From a virus (taxonomy: Duplodnaviria; Caudoviricetes): a stretch of DNA of 59,314 nt. The stretch spans positions 1-59,314 of the IMG/VR virus record IMGVR_UViG_3300008267_000206; one strand, written 5' to 3'. Made by a program: the position numbers and the translations under genes. Below, piece after piece: positions 18,943-27,290 of this stretch (position 1 is the stretch's first letter; the number at the start of each line of letters is the position of its first letter). Below the pieces are notes generated by a model. It was not told where the DNA came from. It saw only the letters and a program-made list of their open reading frames with translations, and searched no databases.

Positions 18943-18962
18943 AAGAATTGTCTTATGGAGAA
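18925..18962 (-). terminator. Hairpin/terminator overlapping start codon 18942
   Basis: 12-bp perfect stem ttctccataaga/tcttatggagaa followed by T7 on the minus strand. Confidence 0.65.
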
Positions 18963-18990
18963 AATATAAAGTAGTTTTTTAAAATGTATA

Positions 18991-20727
18991 TTATTGAGTC
19001 TTTCTGTCGTATGAAATTAATCCTTTCATTCTTTCAAATTCTTCATTCAACATTTTTTCTTTTTTTGTTGTTGATTCTAGCTTAATATCTAATCCATTAC
19101 CAGAGCTATCTCCGGCACCATCGGTGATTGGTTGTTTTGATTTTCTATATGCCGCTTGTTTAACTTTCGCCAATTTATTTTCTTTACGTTTTTTATTCAT
19201 TTTTTTATTAACTTCAGTTTCTTCCGCATTTGCCCATTTTGGATTGTTACCTGTTTTAGATGAACCTTCAATAGTGTCCGTCATCCATTCTTCTTCCGGA
19301 TGGATTTCATCATAATTTAAATTTTCCATACCAGGACTCATATAAGTATCAATAAATTCCTGTCCGTCATCAGACATATTATATTTTTTAGCGTCTTTCA
19401 TTTTACCTAACTCACCATTACCTTTTGGAAAATGTTTAGGGTTTTCTGAATATTCTCCTTTAGAACCATCTTTTAAATAATCTTTCATTTTTTTTGCGAC
19501 AGATTTAATATAATCTTCGTTTTCTTTTCCCGATCCTTTATGAGCTTTATTATAAACATCAAGACCTTTAACTTTACCCATAGATTTTAATTTTCTATCT
19601 TCTAATACAATATTCTCAATTAAATCTATAATTTCTTCTTCGGTTAATCTAACAGATTCTTTAACGTCATACTTTTTTCCATCAACTTCAAACTCATCAT
19701 CACCTCTTTTTTTAGCGTTAACTAACGCACCTGTAAAAGCGTTACCTTCCTCAACCTCCTCATCAGTTTCGTGTTTTTTATTTTTTCTTAACATTTTAAA
19801 ATCTTCTGAGTCTATTCTATTATTTTTATTTCTGTCAAGTTTTCTTTGATTTCCGTGTAATTTTTCTGTCATTTCTCCAGACTTTTTACGATTGGCGTAG
19901 CTAGAGCAAGATGGTCTATCGGCAAGTTCCTCCGGAGATAATTTTTCACACATATCTTTTTGTGCTGATTCATCTTTAAATGAATAACCTTCATCTCCTT
20001 CAACATAATCAAATTCATTATCTATATTATCAACTTCAATTTCATTGAGTTTCTCATTCATTTTCCATCCACACTCCGAACATTCGCTTTCCATAACTCC
20101 TTTAGCTCCACATTGTTCACAAGTTTCTCCTTTACCTTCAGTAAACTCATCTTGTAAATCATCCCCTTGTTCCTCTTCACTATTTCTTCTTTTTAAAGCT
20201 TTAAGAAGCGCGTCCATCATTTCATCACTAACATATTTTTCAGGAGTAATTCCTGATCTTTTATGAGTAATATCACTATAATCTACTTTACCTAATGGTA
20301 TATTACGTTTAAATTCTCTACGATCATAATCTTTACCCATCCTAAAATCTTTCATTGATTCATCATCAAAACCTTCTTCAAGTTGTTCTTCTTCCTCCTC
20401 TTCATAATCTTCATCCCCCTCATATCCCGAAAACTCGTCAGAATCTCCTTCAGTATCACCATATTCAAGTTCAAATTCATCGTCAGATTTTTCATCACCT
20501 TTTCTTTTTTGAGCCAAAAAAGTTCTCAATTCGTCATCATTTAATTTTCCAATAAACTCTAATTGTTCTGGAGTCATTTCACCAAAAATATCGTGTTCAT
20601 CTTCCATTCCCCCTAATTCTTGTAGGTTTTGAATTTTTGATACTAAATTATCAGCTTTCTCTTCAAGAGTTTCTTTAAGAATTTTTGAAGTTAATTTATC
20701 AATTGATTTGTTACTTAATTTTTTCAT
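18991..20727 (-). CDS. Acidic mosaic protein, putative head core/scaffold-like
   Basis: Many (L/I/M/V)xE sites, CEQC..CSEC knuckle, EF-hand-like DRNKNNRIDSEDF. Confidence 0.6.
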   Translation of the reverse strand: MKKLSNKSIDKLTSKILKETLEEKADNLVSKIQNLQELGGMEDEHDIFGEMTPEQLEFIGKLNDDELRTFLAQKRKGDEKSDDEFELEYGDTEGDSDEFSGYEGDEDYEEEEEEQLEEGFDDESMKDFRMGKDYDRREFKRNIPLGKVDYSDITHKRSGITPEKYVSDEMMDALLKALKRRNSEEEQGDDLQDEFTEGKGETCEQCGAKGVMESECSECGWKMNEKLNEIEVDNIDNEFDYVEGDEGYSFKDESAQKDMCEKLSPEELADRPSCSSYANRKKSGEMTEKLHGNQRKLDRNKNNRIDSEDFKMLRKNKKHETDEEVEEGNAFTGALVNAKKRGDDEFEVDGKKYDVKESVRLTEEEIIDLIENIVLEDRKLKSMGKVKGLDVYNKAHKGSGKENEDYIKSVAKKMKDYLKDGSKGEYSENPKHFPKGNGELGKMKDAKKYNMSDDGQEFIDTYMSPGMENLNYDEIHPEEEWMTDTIEGSSKTGNNPKWANAEETEVNKKMNKKRKENKLAKVKQAAYRKSKQPITDGAGDSSGNGLDIKLESTTKKEKMLNEEFERMKGLISYDRKTQ

Positions 20728-20743
20728 ATCAGTATTTTTTATT

Positions 20744-20750
20744 ATAAATA
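20744..20750 (-). promoter_or_regulatory. TATTTAT putative late promoter
   Basis: 16 nt upstream of ATG 20727. Confidence 0.55.
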
Positions 20751-20752
20751 TC

Positions 20753-22003
20753 TTATTTTTTATAAATGGTTTTATTTATTTTTGAGATTAAGATTTTCTT
20801 TATTAAACTCTCACTAATTTGTTTTTCTTTACTTATTTTAGAAATAACTTCTTTAACTTTTTCGTTTTCAAAAATTTTAAGAGCATTTATATCTCCTTGA
20901 TTACAATAAGGAAATTTTTTACATTTTTCTTTTACTTTAACAAACTTTCCTCCCGGTATTTGTTTTCTATTCTTAACATTTTCTTCTACCTCTTCCTTAC
21001 CTCTATTTAATTCCTTTTCTTTATTTTTTATCTTATTTTCAATTTTTTCTTTTAGTGTTTTTGGAATATACCCGTCAAATTTTTTCTGAAATAATTGCCA
21101 AAAATTAACCATAGTTTTAACTTGAGTTAATTTATTTACACTATCTATAACATCTATAAGTTTTAAATATTCACTATCCCTCAAGTTATAAATTTCATCT
21201 TCTGTCATATCATCCATATCTTTTTTTGTATTTTCAGATACAAATTTTCCGCCAGGAATTAATGTTTTTTTATGTGATTTACCGGAACCTTTTAGATTAT
21301 TTCCTCTCATTTTAACATCTTCAAACCCAGGAGCATCATACGCTCCGACAGAAGAGCTTGACGTTGCTTCTTTAGTTTCAATTTTTTTTAATTTAGTATA
21401 ATAATTAGGGTCTTCGTATAGATGATCCATAGCAATTTCTTTAGCTTTTTGTTTGTTATCGGTATGTTCCATCTCAACTTTAATGCCTTTGTTAAGTTCT
21501 TTTTTAAGTGTATCAATCATATTATCAATATGATAGTAACTCTTTTTGTCGTGTTTTTTGGCAATATCTCTAAGAGTCATTTCATCAGATTTACCACCCT
21601 TTAATTTTTCTTCAGAAACACTTTTTTTCTTACCTTCACAATGCGCCCTTTGGGAAAAACCTTTTGGGTTATTGCAATCGATACTATCTTTATATTTTTT
21701 AGACCACTTTTCTTCCATTTCTTTTTTAGTTTCCGAGAATAGAGGTTGAGTATATCCTCCAGCACTTACCGCTCCTGTAGATTCTTTAGATTCTGATTTA
21801 CCCGCAGAAAATAATTTTCCAATCGGTAACTTCATTTTTTTATTATTTATAACTTCTTCTTCGGATAAACCCTTAATCATATCTTGTATCGCAGTTTCTT
21901 TATTAATACTTGGGGGTATATCGCTAGTTACTCTACCTACAATACTTGAAAATTGGTCTTTTATTTTTTCAATATTTTCCTTTGTTTCTTTTTTACTTTT
22001 CAT
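20753..22003 (-). CDS. Mosaic protein containing a DUF5661-like module
   Basis: GIKVEMEHT..AKEIAMDHL.EDP.YYTKL; internal repeat IPGGKFV x2. Confidence 0.65.
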   Translation of the reverse strand: MKSKKETKENIEKIKDQFSSIVGRVTSDIPPSINKETAIQDMIKGLSEEEVINNKKMKLPIGKLFSAGKSESKESTGAVSAGGYTQPLFSETKKEMEEKWSKKYKDSIDCNNPKGFSQRAHCEGKKKSVSEEKLKGGKSDEMTLRDIAKKHDKKSYYHIDNMIDTLKKELNKGIKVEMEHTDNKQKAKEIAMDHLYEDPNYYTKLKKIETKEATSSSSVGAYDAPGFEDVKMRGNNLKGSGKSHKKTLIPGGKFVSENTKKDMDDMTEDEIYNLRDSEYLKLIDVIDSVNKLTQVKTMVNFWQLFQKKFDGYIPKTLKEKIENKIKNKEKELNRGKEEVEENVKNRKQIPGGKFVKVKEKCKKFPYCNQGDINALKIFENEKVKEVISKISKEKQISESLIKKILISKINKTIYKK

Positions 22004-22647
22004 TATTGTTTAAAAATTAAATCATTTTTATTTAGTTTTAATACTTCATTTAATTCCTTAATTGAAGTTTTAATCACTTCTCCATTAATATTTGATCCTA
22101 TCCAAACATAGGTTAATTTCTTCTGTTTTATCACTAAAATTTTATAAAATGATGTGGGTATTTTTGCTCGACTTTTATTTAAATAAACTTTATTACTATT
22201 ATCATATACAACCCCAGTTATAATTGTTACGTCAGTTCTATATTTCAATATAGAATCTTCGACCGATTTTTCCAATCTTGCCCATTTACCTCTATTAAAC
22301 CCCGCAAGTTGTGGTGCCTGATTATAAAAACTAAATGAATGATAATTAACTTTATTATCGTATGAAGTAATATGAGATGGGGTTAAATGTCCTAAGTCAT
22401 AACCTGAATATTCATAAGGTTTTTTAGAATAAACCCCTTTTATTTCTGAATGCCATTTATTATCTCTTTCAGAATCCAACTTTAAAAAATCAGAAAATTT
22501 TAATTCTTGTTTACTAATAAAACTATTATTATCAGAATCTAAATAAAAATTTAATACATCATTTTTAATTTGAGTTTTAGGTTCATTAAAATATATTTGT
22601 CCAAAAATTAAAAAAGGTGCGAAAAATAATAAAAAAAATAATTTCAT
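22003..22647 (-). CDS. DNA/RNA non-specific endonuclease with signal peptide
   Basis: YDLGHLTP, NQAPQ, FNRGKWARLE, IPTSFYK; hydrophobic N-terminus. Confidence 0.9.
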   Translation of the reverse strand: MKLFFLLFFAPFLIFGQIYFNEPKTQIKNDVLNFYLDSDNNSFISKQELKFSDFLKLDSERDNKWHSEIKGVYSKKPYEYSGYDLGHLTPSHITSYDNKVNYHSFSFYNQAPQLAGFNRGKWARLEKSVEDSILKYRTDVTIITGVVYDNSNKVYLNKSRAKIPTSFYKILVIKQKKLTYVWIGSNINGEVIKTSIKELNEVLKLNKNDLIFKQ

Positions 22648-23273
22648 TTTTTAAATTTTATTCTCCAAAGCATTGTGCCTTGTATTGTTAATGTTCTTGA
22701 ATTATTAATACCCAAAGATAGTCCATAGACCTTGTCTTTTTTTGTTTTAATGTTAAGGGTTGGCCCAATAAAATTTACTAGGTTTACCTTATCAACCCCC
22801 ATAGTTCCCCCCCCATAAAACTCTGTTTCTTTTGTTGGTTCAACTACTATAGTATCAAATATTTTAATTTTATTAACATTTGGTATAAAACTTCTACCTT
22901 TTATCTTATTTTTAGATATCGTATCCGTTACGGTAATATACCCTAAACTATCTTTTAATTTTAAAGTATCTTTATATATTGTCATAGCAAAATAATTTTT
23001 TAGAATTTCAAAAGTATCCACAATTTTTGGAGTCTCCACAAAAATTATTGAATCAACGTAGATAGTTTCACCTTTTTTATAAACCGTATCTATTACGGGT
23101 TCATAGATAGTGTCTGTGGTGTGTTTTAACACTATATGTTCTTTACCGTTGATTTTTATTGTATTTTTTGAACCCTCTATAACTTTGTTATTACACATCC
23201 TCATAAATAAAATAACTAAAGTTAAAATTATTATTACCAAAAATTTAAAATCTATTTTACTTAAAAATTTCAT
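22644..23273 (-). CDS. Membrane-anchored protein, possibly spanin-like
   Basis: N-terminal TM ending in Cys, DT-rich extended region, amphipathic C-terminal beta strands. Confidence 0.45.
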   Translation of the reverse strand: MKFLSKIDFKFLVIIILTLVILFMRMCNNKVIEGSKNTIKINGKEHIVLKHTTDTIYEPVIDTVYKKGETIYVDSIIFVETPKIVDTFEILKNYFAMTIYKDTLKLKDSLGYITVTDTISKNKIKGRSFIPNVNKIKIFDTIVVEPTKETEFYGGGTMGVDKVNLVNFIGPTLNIKTKKDKVYGLSLGINNSRTLTIQGTMLWRIKFKK

Positions 23274-23905
23274 TAATCTTCGCTTTTTATAGTTTTTTTT
23301 CTTGATGATAGAATTTTAGCCCATTTTGATTTAAATTTTTCAAAATACGATTTTAATTTATTTATTAAATCTAAAAATTTATCATCTATTTTTATCATAT
23401 CTCCATTCAAATACAACCCATTTTCTTCACCAATAGATATTGTAAAATCAACATCAAAATCAATTATTTTACCTGACCACTCAACGTTATTACCATAAAC
23501 ATTTAATTTATTAAATTCAGCTAAATCAGAAACTTCATTAACGAATTCATCCATAGTTTCTTGGAAAGCGATTTTTTCATCTGTTGTTAATTCTAACTCT
23601 GTTTGGTCTTTACCGTGTAAAACTAAAATACCTCCGGATATTCTATATCCTTGTTTTTTATCTTCAGGAGATTTTGATTCCGTATCTTTTTCAATTTCAT
23701 CTTCTACCGCCTTTGCAGTATTTATTTTTTTTAGAATATCCGGTTTTTCAAACTCAACATCATTATCTTCAGAATCAATTTCTTGTTCAGTAATTAAATT
23801 GTATTTTTTTCTAATTTCATTAGATTCTTTAATAGATGTTTTACTTGAAAGCATTGTTCTAGAGGCTTTCAATAAACTTTTAATTTCATCGTGATTGTTA
23901 CTCAT
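23273..23905 (-). CDS. Hypothetical protein
   Basis: 210-aa ORF with IKE/ITE sites in the N-terminal part. Confidence 0.7.
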   Translation of the reverse strand: MSNNHDEIKSLLKASRTMLSSKTSIKESNEIRKKYNLITEQEIDSEDNDVEFEKPDILKKINTAKAVEDEIEKDTESKSPEDKKQGYRISGGILVLHGKDQTELELTTDEKIAFQETMDEFVNEVSDLAEFNKLNVYGNNVEWSGKIIDFDVDFTISIGEENGLYLNGDMIKIDDKFLDLINKLKSYFEKFKSKWAKILSSRKKTIKSED

Positions 23906-24491
23906 TTTCTATTTTTTTTATAAATTCTTCAAAATTAAAAGCCGGACTTAAATCAGTATAATTAGAATCATAATTACTTCTTGTTGTCACACCTTCAAAT
24001 TTTTCAATACCATTTATTTTAGTGTTATGACCAATAACTTCTTTTTTAATTGACATTTCTTTAAACAATTTATCACATAAAAAGACCGTTGAATCTATCT
24101 GTGAAGTTGTATATGGTTGCCAATAAAAGTAGTCTCTCCATTTTTTATCATAAACTTCTCCATTATAAATATCACCATTCCAGTTAACGTAATAATCTTT
24201 TAGCGGCTCTTTTTGAACCCATCCTAAGTTTTCTAATACAATTATAATAGAATTTCTATTAACGTTATCTTCGGTAAAAAAATTTGTATGTTCTACATCA
24301 TTAAGTAATTTAGAAATATCGCCTTTTCTAGAAATAACATAATTCGGTATTCTATTAAATTTCCCATTAAATCTGAATTCTAATGAAAATAAATACTCCT
24401 CAATTGGTCTTGAGGAGTGACATAAAATTATTTGATTTTTTTTTCTTTGTTTACCAGATGGTTTAAAATTACCATATTTAATAATCTCCAT
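23898..24491 (-). CDS. N-acetylmuramoyl-L-alanine amidase (Amidase_2-like), putative endolysin
   Basis: IILCHS, NYVISRKG, NRNSI.I.LEN, YT..QI, IGHN, DLSP. Confidence 0.7.
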   Translation of the reverse strand: MEIIKYGNFKPSGKQRKKNQIILCHSSRPIEEYLFSLEFRFNGKFNRIPNYVISRKGDISKLLNDVEHTNFFTEDNVNRNSIIIVLENLGWVQKEPLKDYYVNWNGDIYNGEVYDKKWRDYFYWQPYTTSQIDSTVFLCDKLFKEMSIKKEVIGHNTKINGIEKFEGVTTRSNYDSNYTDLSPAFNFEEFIKKIENE

Positions 24492-24512
24492 AAAAATTAA
24501 TTTGGAAATTTA

Positions 24513-25514
24513 TTACTCTTTAATGTAAGTTAAGATTCTTTTTCCCTCTGTAGTGGTAGTTGTTGTGGTAGTGATTTCTTCCTCAAATATTTCTTTTAAA
24601 GTTGTTGTGATAGTGTTTGTTTCTTCTTGGTAAATTGTAGGGTTATTCGTAACATTATTAAATTTTACCTCATCAATATTTATCGTGTTATCTTTTTTGA
24701 TATCCTTATCTAATTCTATTATTTGATTTTTTTCAGTTGTAGTATTAGTTATAGTTATTTCTTCTTTTTCAACTAAAGTAGTCGTTAAATTGATATTATC
24801 TTGGACATTTGTTGTTGTTATGGTTTCAACCATTTCTTCTTTTTTTATCAGATTCTCATCAGTTCTATTATTTTCATCAATTACTCGATTAACTAAATTA
24901 TCGTAATTAATATCTTCTTTATTACGAGCAATGATTTTTTTATTTAATTTTTCTTGTTCCTTTACATCTATGTATTCTGAAGTTAAAGTTTCTTTTTTAT
25001 CTTCAACAAGAACTTTTATTTTTTTATCTTCTTCGTTTAAAGTTTTTTTATTTGGGTCTTCATATTTTATGAAAAAATGTAATGATGTTAATGAAATTAT
25101 AGGTAATAATCCACCACCTAAAAACGCTAACCATCTTTTATGAACAATTACATCATTAACGTCTGAACCTAAGGCCTCCCAAACAGGCCCTGTCAATTCC
25201 ATCCAAGATTTAAATAAATCCCCTGTTGTGTCTATTTCTTTGTATGAAAAGAAGATATTACCTATCATTTGTATAAACGTGACTAATCCAAACATAATCC
25301 ATACACCACCCTTAATTTTATTTGTAGCGGCAACTAAGGCGGTCATTGCACCTATCTCTATAGCAATTGATAGATATATAGCCCAATTATACGGATTCAT
25401 AATATCGTACCAAGAAACTACGTGAGATATCGATATTATTGCAACAAGAATTATAGGGACTATAAACATAGCCCTATTAGGATTATTCTTAATCCATTCC
25501 CATATTTTTATCAT
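24513..25514 (-). CDS. Four-TM membrane protein with Thr-rich tail (holin-like candidate)
   Basis: Four hydrophobic helices then a low-complexity tail ending in T9. Confidence 0.55.
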   Translation of the reverse strand: MIKIWEWIKNNPNRAMFIVPIILVAIISISHVVSWYDIMNPYNWAIYLSIAIEIGAMTALVAATNKIKGGVWIMFGLVTFIQMIGNIFFSYKEIDTTGDLFKSWMELTGPVWEALGSDVNDVIVHKRWLAFLGGGLLPIISLTSLHFFIKYEDPNKKTLNEEDKKIKVLVEDKKETLTSEYIDVKEQEKLNKKIIARNKEDINYDNLVNRVIDENNRTDENLIKKEEMVETITTTNVQDNINLTTTLVEKEEITITNTTTEKNQIIELDKDIKKDNTINIDEVKFNNVTNNPTIYQEETNTITTTLKEIFEEEITTTTTTTTEGKRILTYIKE

Positions 25515-25822
25515 TTTTGTAAGTTTTCTATTTCTTTATCAATTTCGGATTGTCTGTTAACATCCAAAATTTTTCTATCTGTTGATTGAATCATTCTCTT
25601 TTCAGATTTCAAACCTTCGATTTTAATTTCAGTTCTAATTTCTTTTTTTAAACTACTAATAACCTGATATAAAGAATCTATCTCATTATTAGTAATATCA
25701 ATTTTTTTACCAACAGATTCAACTTTAGAATTTGTGGTACAAGTTTTTAAGAAAACTACTAAACTCAATGGGAATATTATTCTAAGTCCCCAAACATCTA
25801 TAAATGACAATATTTTTTTCAT
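25511..25822 (-). CDS. Membrane/lipoprotein coiled-coil protein (spanin-like candidate)
   Basis: Hydrophobic N-terminus ending LKTC then coiled coil. Confidence 0.45.
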   Translation of the reverse strand: MKKILSFIDVWGLRIIFPLSLVVFLKTCTTNSKVESVGKKIDITNNEIDSLYQVISSLKKEIRTEIKIEGLKSEKRMIQSTDRKILDVNRQSEIDKEIENLQK

Positions 25823-25844
25823 AATCTTTTTTTTTAAAAAATAG

Positions 25845-25876
25845 AAAAACCTTCTATTATAATAAATAGAAGGTTT
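25845..25876 (-). terminator. Intrinsic terminator after sigma gene
   Basis: aaaccttctatt-ataata-aatagaaggttt 12-bp stem. Confidence 0.7.
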
Positions 25877-25900
25877 AACATTTTTTTATTTTATTATTGA

Positions 25901-26701
25901 TTACATATAATCAAACAATACCGAACTTTCATTTCTCAATTTTCTGAGGGCTTTGGCTTTAATCTGTCTAACTCTTTCTTTAGTTAGATTGAAGTCTTCT
26001 CCAATATCTTCTAATGTCCTTGGTGTTCCTGATATTCCAAAATAATCTTCAACTATCATTCTTTCTCTTTCATCTAAAGACCCTAATAAACCCATCAATT
26101 TAGTTTTTAAAATATCTTTAGTATTAAATGATTCGTCAGGCATATCCGCATTATCATTTTTAACAATATCAAATAAAGTGTCCCCCTCTTCATTTATAGT
26201 TCCATCAAGATTAACTATTGATGGTAATCCTGCGAATCTATCATCCAATCTACCATCGGTATGTTCTATCTCTTTTTTCGCTCTGTGTAGATCTTGGACG
26301 ACATTAACCGGTAGACGAATAGTTCTTGCGTTATCATTCAATGATTGTAGAATTGATTGTTTAACCCACCAAACGGCATAAGAAATAAACCTTAGATTTT
26401 TAGACCAATCAAAGTTCTTTATCGCCTTTAAAAGACCGATATTGCCTTCCGCAATAAGGTCAGGAAAATCTAAACCTTGATTTTGATATTGTTTGGCAAC
26501 GGTTATAACAAATCTCAAATTACCAACCAATAGCTCTTTTTCTATTTTACTTCTCTGTTCTTCCGTAATATCTTGTGACATCATCATTTTAGATAATTCT
26601 TTTTCCCTTTCAGGTGTCATTACTTTTATTTTACGAATGTCTTTTAAGTAATGTTGAATTTCTTCTTGGTTAATCGGCATTCCTGTGTTTTTCTCTTTCA
26701 T
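25901..26701 (-). CDS. rpoD: RpoD-like sigma-70 factor, Bacteroidota type
   Basis: YLKDI (1.2), NLRFVITVAKQYQNQG, ISYAVWW, RTIRLP, TLEDIG..LTKERVRQI; no region 1.1. Confidence 0.95.
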   Translation of the reverse strand: MKEKNTGMPINQEEIQHYLKDIRKIKVMTPEREKELSKMMMSQDITEEQRSKIEKELLVGNLRFVITVAKQYQNQGLDFPDLIAEGNIGLLKAIKNFDWSKNLRFISYAVWWVKQSILQSLNDNARTIRLPVNVVQDLHRAKKEIEHTDGRLDDRFAGLPSIVNLDGTINEEGDTLFDIVKNDNADMPDESFNTKDILKTKLMGLLGSLDERERMIVEDYFGISGTPRTLEDIGEDFNLTKERVRQIKAKALRKLRNESSVLFDYM

Positions 26702-26702
26702 A

Positions 26703-27239
26703 TTATTTTGAGTATTTGGTTAAAAGTTCTTTTTCTTTTTTAGTTAACGAGTTAATTCCTTTTGAACTTATTTTATCTAATAAATCATTCAAAGTTGGTT
26801 CTTTTGTTTTTTTCTTCATTTTCGAGATATCATCGTCATCATCTTCTAAATCCTCACAAAATAATTTAAACTTTTCATCATTGAATTCTCTTAATAAGAG
26901 ATTATCGATTTCATCTTTTTCTTCATTGGTCATTTCGTATTTAAAATCCTCGGTTTCAAATAAATGTTTTCTAACTTCATCAGTTAAATAATAATCTGTT
27001 TTATTTTTATCGAACTCAGTTAAAAAATAAACAACATTACCAATACCTAACATTACTTTAAAAAAGTCTTTAATTGAATTAAATGATTCGCTACTTTTAA
27101 AGACGTATATCGCGGATTCAGGTCCGAAATAAAATTTAACGTCCGATAAATCGGAGACTGCTGATATGTCTTCAGCAATTGTTTTTACTAATTTCTCTTG
27201 TTGCTCGTGTGCTGCGAAAACGAATAAGATATATTCCAT
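26703..27239 (-). CDS. Hypothetical protein with DUF6576-like C-terminus
   Basis: LNDLLDKISSKGINSLTKKEKELL. Confidence 0.7.
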   Translation of the reverse strand: MEYILFVFAAHEQQEKLVKTIAEDISAVSDLSDVKFYFGPESAIYVFKSSESFNSIKDFFKVMLGIGNVVYFLTEFDKNKTDYYLTDEVRKHLFETEDFKYEMTNEEKDEIDNLLLREFNDEKFKLFCEDLEDDDDDISKMKKKTKEPTLNDLLDKISSKGINSLTKKEKELLTKYSK

Positions 27240-27258
27240 ATTTTTTCTATTAATAATA

Positions 27259-27290
27259 CAAAGATATAAAATTTTTATTGAATCACCAAA
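27259..27290 (-). promoter_or_regulatory. Bacteroidota primary-sigma promoter driving the sigma operon
   Basis: TTTG-N20-TATCTTTG; flanks closely resemble the 12806 promoter. Confidence 0.8.
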
